Positions 59,591-64,000 of a stretch of 64,000 nucleotides of DNA are shown here, one piece after another. The notes below the pieces were generated by a model. That model was not told the origin of the DNA, did no database searches, and worked only from the letters and a program-made list of their open reading frames with translations. The position numbers and the translations under genes were made by a program. Source of the stretch: Synergistaceae bacterium (lineage in GTDB: Bacteria > Synergistota > Synergistia > Synergistales > Synergistaceae); contig JAIRWR010000029.1 in the NCBI GenBank assembly GCA_031268885.1, forward strand, positions 5,120 to 69,119, given 5' to 3'. Positions within the stretch are counted from its first letter, which is position 1. Every line of letters starts with the position of its first letter.

Positions 59591-60196
59591 TTGAACCGAC
59601 TGAGTGAATGGATAGCAAGCCTGCTGTTTCCGGGGGCGGCTATGGCCGCGGATGCGCCGGCGTCGGGGCAGCAGCAGGGAATCGTTAGCCTCGCGCTGCC
59701 CATAGTGCTATTTATAGGTATCTTCTACCTCATGATTTTCCGTCCTCAAAAGAAAAAGCAGCAGCAGCACGACAACATGGTAGCGTCGATAACGAGGGGC
59801 GATACGGTAATCAGCGCTGGCGGTTTCTTCGGGCGCGTCTGCGATGTCATGGATGATTCTTATATAATCGAAATAGCCGAGGGCGTAAGGGTCAGGATCC
59901 TCAAATCATCCATTTCGACCAAGAAGGACTCGGCGGATGGTTCGAAACTGTTCAAGCACAAGAGGAAGAAGAAGAGGCCGGAAGCTCAAAGCGGCGCACA
60001 GACCGAGAGTGAGACTTCAGTGCCAATCGCGATTGAGGATGGGATCACGGCCGAAGAGAGCGATGTTCTCTTCAAGGAACCTGACGAGGGTAGTAATGGT
60101 AGCGAGAATAATGAGCCGCACGTAGAGAATGAAGCTCCTGCTCCGTCAGGGGGAACCGACGCCGTCAGCGGAGAAGAACGCGAGAAAAACGATTAA
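59591..60196 (+). CDS. yajC: Preprotein translocase subunit YajC with a long acidic C-terminal extension.
   Basis: Core LPIVLFIGIFYLMIFRPQKKKQQQH...GDTVISAGGFFGRV. TTG start after GGAGGGGG. About 85 extra low-complexity residues. Confidence 0.8.
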   Translation: MNRLSEWIASLLFPGAAMAADAPASGQQQGIVSLALPIVLFIGIFYLMIFRPQKKKQQQHDNMVASITRGDTVISAGGFFGRVCDVMDDSYIIEIAEGVRVRILKSSISTKKDSADGSKLFKHKRKKKRPEAQSGAQTESETSVPIAIEDGITAEESDVLFKEPDEGSNGSENNEPHVENEAPAPSGGTDAVSGEEREKND

Positions 60197-60403
60197 ATTT
60201 ATATGACCTATATGACCGTCAAGGTGTCCCGATCAGCGGCCCGAGACAGATAACTTCCAACCTATCGCGCGAATCGGATCTCTCGCGTCTCTTTGTTTGG
60301 GTGGTGGTTTATGGTTGTCCCAGTCCGTCGCTGGTTTTGCTGAATCCTCGTCTCTTGATGGGAATTTGACAGTCATAATTATGCTTCAGGAGGCGTATGT
60401 ATT

Positions 60404-61786
60404 ATGCTGAAAAAAGACAAGGTGAGGATGGGCATTATAGTTCTCGTCATCGTTTTATCCGTGGCGGCGGTTTTCCCGATAAGCGGGCGGGTGAAGCTCG
60501 GGCTTGATTTGAAGGGGGGCGCGCATGTCGTTCTGCAGGCCAAATTGACTGAGGATATAAGCGTCGATGACGACATCATCGAACGGCTCATAGCGACCCT
60601 TCGCAATCGAATCGACCAGTACGGTATCGTTGAACCGATGATTCAGAGGGAGGGTTCCGACAGGGTGGCGATAGACCTTCCCGGTATAGAGGACCCGGAT
60701 GAGGCGCTCGAATTGATCGGCCGCACAGCGATGCTCGAGTTCCGCAGTGTTATTGGGATTGGACCCGAGAGCCCGCCGCCTGTTGAACGGAAAAATTATC
60801 CGAATGACGCCGAATACGATGAAGCGGTTAGACGATGGACAAACCTCAACGAAGCCGTAATGAGCAATATCGAAGCGTTTGAGGCGCGCGCAAACGGGAG
60901 CCCCGATGTGCTTGCGGCGAGGGGTGACAGCGGCGAAACATATCTCCTCGGCGAAGTGTATGTGTCAGGGCAGGACCTCATCGACGCCAGAGTTACGTAC
61001 GACGAGCTTCAGAAGCCGGCGGTGTCGCTCAGATTTAATAGTAATGGCGCTTCGGCGTTCGAGGCGGCGACCGGAGCCAACATCGACAAGCAGATCGCGA
61101 TCGTCTTAGACAACGTAGTCATATCCGCGCCGGTGGTAAGATCGCGTATCAGCGGAGGAGAAGCCCAGATATCGGGAAATTTCTCCTCAAGGGAAGCCGC
61201 CAATCTGGCCGTGATGCTGAGAGCGGGAGCGTTGCCGGTCGAAGTGGAGATGCTGGAAAACCGGTCTGTCGGACCGACTCTGGGGGAGGACTCCATACGG
61301 TCCGGCGTGCAATCCGGACTGATAGGGGCTGTGTTAGTCGCGTTTTTCATGCTGATATATTATGGAGTGCTTGGAATAGCGGCCGATATCGCGATGATCG
61401 TGGCCATGCTTCTGCTGTTGGCTATAATGATAGCTTTGCGGACAACATTGACGCTTCCTGGTATAGGCGGAATCGTGCTCACCATAGGTATGGCTGTCGA
61501 TGGGAACATACTTATATACGAACGAGTGAGGGAGGAGTTCCGCTCGGGCAAGACCATTCTCGCGGCTCTCGACTCCGGCTTCCGCAAGGCGCTTGTCGTC
61601 ATACTCGACTCTAATGTGACGACGCTTATTGCCGCCGCCGTGCTCTTCTACTTCGGCACGGGTCCTGTGCGGGGCTTTGCGGTTACGCTCAGCTTCGGGG
61701 TTGTGACCGGCATGTTTGGAAATATAGTTGTGACCCGCGCGATACTTGAGATCTTGCTTCGCTACCGCAAGAACATAGCCCTGTAA
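60404..61786 (+). CDS. secD: Protein translocase subunit SecD.
   Basis: LGLDLKGG, periplasmic domain and six-TM core. Lies upstream of secF. Confidence 0.93.
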   Translation: MLKKDKVRMGIIVLVIVLSVAAVFPISGRVKLGLDLKGGAHVVLQAKLTEDISVDDDIIERLIATLRNRIDQYGIVEPMIQREGSDRVAIDLPGIEDPDEALELIGRTAMLEFRSVIGIGPESPPPVERKNYPNDAEYDEAVRRWTNLNEAVMSNIEAFEARANGSPDVLAARGDSGETYLLGEVYVSGQDLIDARVTYDELQKPAVSLRFNSNGASAFEAATGANIDKQIAIVLDNVVISAPVVRSRISGGEAQISGNFSSREAANLAVMLRAGALPVEVEMLENRSVGPTLGEDSIRSGVQSGLIGAVLVAFFMLIYYGVLGIAADIAMIVAMLLLLAIMIALRTTLTLPGIGGIVLTIGMAVDGNILIYERVREEFRSGKTILAALDSGFRKALVVILDSNVTTLIAAAVLFYFGTGPVRGFAVTLSFGVVTGMFGNIVVTRAILEILLRYRKNIAL

Positions 61787-61803
61787 CGGAGGAATGAGTT
61801 TAT

Positions 61804-62688
61804 ATGGCTACTTTTGACGCTTCCAAGATTAAACTGCCATTTATGAAATACAGAATAGTGGTCTTGTGTATAAGCTCAGCGGCGGTTATCCTCAGCCTTG
61901 CGCTGCTTCTGACAAAGGGTGTGAACTTCAGCGTGGACTTTGCCGGCGGCGTAGCGATACAGTTGAGATTCGAGAACCCCACGGACGTCGGCTCGATACG
62001 GGAGACCCTATCCGAATCGGGTCTTAGCCAGGCGACGATCCAGGCGTACGATGACAGCAATATCTTGATTCGCTATCAGGACACCGGAGATGAAAATCAA
62101 AAAGAGATGATCCAACTCCTCGGCGAAAGACACGGCGGGGTCGAAATATCGCAGATTGACAACGTGGGCCCCATTGTCGGGAGGGAGCTTCGCAAACAAG
62201 CGTTCATCGCCGTTTCGTTATCGATTGCCGGAATACTCCTCTACATGGCCTTCCGCTTCAGCTTCCGCTTCGGGGTCGCGGCAGTCATAGCGCTGGTGCA
62301 CGACTCCGTCATAATGCTAGGCGTCTACAGCCTGACTGGGCGCGAGATATCCACGTCCTTTATAGCCGCGATACTGACGGTTATCGGCTACTCGCTCAAC
62401 GACTCCATTGTGGTTCTCGACAGGATCAGAGAGAACTGGAACCAGATTCGTTCCAAGGGCATAATTGATCTGGTCGACAGCTCTATCAACCAGACGCTTT
62501 CGCGAACTATAAACACCTCGCTGACAACGCTCCTTCCAGTATTCGCGATGTTCTTTCTCGGGGGCGAGGTCATCTCCAATCTGGCCTTTGCGTTTCTCAT
62601 TGGAATAGTTGTGGGGACATACAGTTCGATTTACATAGCCAGCTCAATCCTCGTCGAGTGGTATCTGCGGAAGCCGGTAAAGAACTGA
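61804..62688 (+). CDS. secF: Protein translocase subunit SecF.
   Basis: GVNFSVDFAGG...HDSVIMLGVYSL...SLNDSIVVLDRIRE. Confidence 0.93.
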   Translation: MATFDASKIKLPFMKYRIVVLCISSAAVILSLALLLTKGVNFSVDFAGGVAIQLRFENPTDVGSIRETLSESGLSQATIQAYDDSNILIRYQDTGDENQKEMIQLLGERHGGVEISQIDNVGPIVGRELRKQAFIAVSLSIAGILLYMAFRFSFRFGVAAVIALVHDSVIMLGVYSLTGREISTSFIAAILTVIGYSLNDSIVVLDRIRENWNQIRSKGIIDLVDSSINQTLSRTINTSLTTLLPVFAMFFLGGEVISNLAFAFLIGIVVGTYSSIYIASSILVEWYLRKPVKN

Positions 62689-62744
62689 GCGCGACAGATC
62701 TGCCTTATATATTTTCGAATAAATCTCTTACTAATGAGGAGGAT

Positions 62745-63965
62745 ATGAAGATGGCTGACGTCAATTGGGGTGATTTATTGTCGAAGACCGCGGCGGAGAT
62801 GAAACCATCTCCGATTCGCGAGTTGATGAAATATATTATAAAGCCGGGCGTTATCTCCTTTGCGGGGGGCAATCCCGATCCGTATATATTCCCGGTGCCA
62901 GAGTTCGCGTCCGGCGCGATAACTCTTGGACGGGACGGAATGGAGATAATGCAGTACGGCTCGACGGAGGGCTATACGCCGTTGCGTGATTTCATATCTA
63001 AATGGATGGCTCCTCGCATGGGTAGGGAGACAGAGCTGAACGAGATCGTAATCACGACAGGTTCTCAACAGGGGATGGATCTGCTCTGCGCGGCGCTTTT
63101 AAACCCTGGCGACGCCGTTATCGTAGAGGATCCGACTTATCCAGGCGCGATACATACCATGAGAAACCGCGGAGCGAAGTTTATTACTGTGCCCTGTGAC
63201 GCGGACGGCATAAAGACGGACATGCTTCCGGAGGTCATCGAGACCGCCATTAGAGCGGAAATACCGGTAAAGTTCATCTATTCGATCGTAAATTTTCAGA
63301 ATCCAAGCGGAGCCACGTTGAGCGCGTCCCGAAGGAAGGACCTGCTCGAGATAGCGGAGCGGTACAACCTGATAATACTCGAAGACGACCCATACGGACA
63401 CCTGCGTTATGAGGGAGAACACGAACCGACGATATTCTCCATGGACAATAGTGGCAGAGTGGTCTACGCCTGTTCGTTCTCCAAAATTCTCGCTCCAGGG
63501 GCGAGGGTCGCGTGGGTGGTTGGAGCTCCTGAAATAATAAGGCGCATGGTGATGATCAAACAGGGCACAGACCTATGCACAAGCGTGATAGCCCAGGCAC
63601 TGGTAAACCAATACTGCGCGGACGGATACATGGACAGCTTTCTGCCAAAGATAGTGACGCATTACTCTGGAAAGTGTAAGTCAATGGCTGACTCATTCAG
63701 AAGACATCTCCCGTCGGATGCGGAATACACGCCGCCAAAGGGCGGCTTTTTCTTCTGGGTGAGAATCCCTGGAATCGACTCTCAAAAGCTCTTCATGAAG
63801 GGGATAGAGAAAGGGGTCGCTTTTGTAAACGGTCCGGCTTTCTTCGCGAACGGCGGAGGTACGGATTGCTTCCGCACATGCTTCACATTCGCCCAGCCCG
63901 ACGAGATAGAGGAGGGCGCGAGACGCCTGGCCGAGGCTATAACCGATATCAGAGAAGAGCGCTGA
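62745..63965 (+). CDS. PLP-dependent aminotransferase, class I/II (2-aminoadipate/aromatic aminotransferase-like).
   Basis: PSPIRELMK, GSQQGMDL, EDDPYGHLRYEG and SFSKILAPGARV (PLP lysine) blocks. ATG 62745 lies behind GAGGAGG. Confidence 0.85.
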   Translation: MKMADVNWGDLLSKTAAEMKPSPIRELMKYIIKPGVISFAGGNPDPYIFPVPEFASGAITLGRDGMEIMQYGSTEGYTPLRDFISKWMAPRMGRETELNEIVITTGSQQGMDLLCAALLNPGDAVIVEDPTYPGAIHTMRNRGAKFITVPCDADGIKTDMLPEVIETAIRAEIPVKFIYSIVNFQNPSGATLSASRRKDLLEIAERYNLIILEDDPYGHLRYEGEHEPTIFSMDNSGRVVYACSFSKILAPGARVAWVVGAPEIIRRMVMIKQGTDLCTSVIAQALVNQYCADGYMDSFLPKIVTHYSGKCKSMADSFRRHLPSDAEYTPPKGGFFFWVRIPGIDSQKLFMKGIEKGVAFVNGPAFFANGGGTDCFRTCFTFAQPDEIEEGARRLAEAITDIREER

Positions 63966-64000
63966 GGACTGGAGAAGCAACTTCGGGTCACAGTAGACCG

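Overview
This window reads as a chromosomal segment of a fairly high-GC anaerobe; taxonomy cannot be assigned by eye. Housekeeping blocks are infC-rpmI-rplT-pheS-pheT, lysA-dnaG-rpoD-rqcP-eno-ridA-rex-yajC-secD-secF, and ilvE-nadE. There is also a molybdenum/tungsten cofactor block: moeB, mobB-like, two moeA paralogs, a tungsten-type aldehyde:ferredoxin oxidoreductase and a coupled MoaD-like gene. A Mop-type aldehyde oxidoreductase is cut by the left edge and is absent from the ORF track.

Two stretches look clearly AT-richer by eye (GC not computed), at about 19.6-35.6 kb and about 48.9-52.1 kb. The first is bracketed by a 13-nt direct repeat and holds the most interesting content. It carries a LysR gene enclosed by a near-perfect ~107/110-bp inverted repeat. 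Each arm of that repeat has an outward-facing sigma70-like promoter, so the same promoter/operator module faces two operons:
- Leftward: amidohydrolase-fold protein, Dabb protein, OYE/FadH-type enoate reductase.
- Rightward: eight genes, tctCBA, MmgE/PrpD-like, LarA-like (nickel-pincer racemase/epimerase family), PrpF-like, isocitrate-dehydrogenase-like and aconitase-family, mostly joined by ATGA/TGATG overlaps.

A truncated GntR/FCD regulator remnant abuts the right repeat arm, which suggests regulatory rewiring. I interpret the locus as a candidate undescribed pathway for tricarboxylate isomers (aconitate, isocitrate or hydroxycitrate type).

Other observations:
- A DD-carboxypeptidase fused to a degenerate class-I fumarase-alpha-like domain.
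- An exported Memo-like protein in an operon with a DUF3160-like protein that contains an in-frame 96/84/96-bp tandem repeat.
- Two tandem MalT-type LuxR regulators.
- A small islet with a signal-peptide flavodoxin, a secreted protein carrying an ApbE-type flavinylation motif, and a MerR-type promoter.
- A structured attenuator-like leader before an AUU-initiated infC.

I found no rRNA, tRNA, CRISPR array, transposase or integrase. Many long ORFs in the track are antisense shadows of high-GC genes and were not called.
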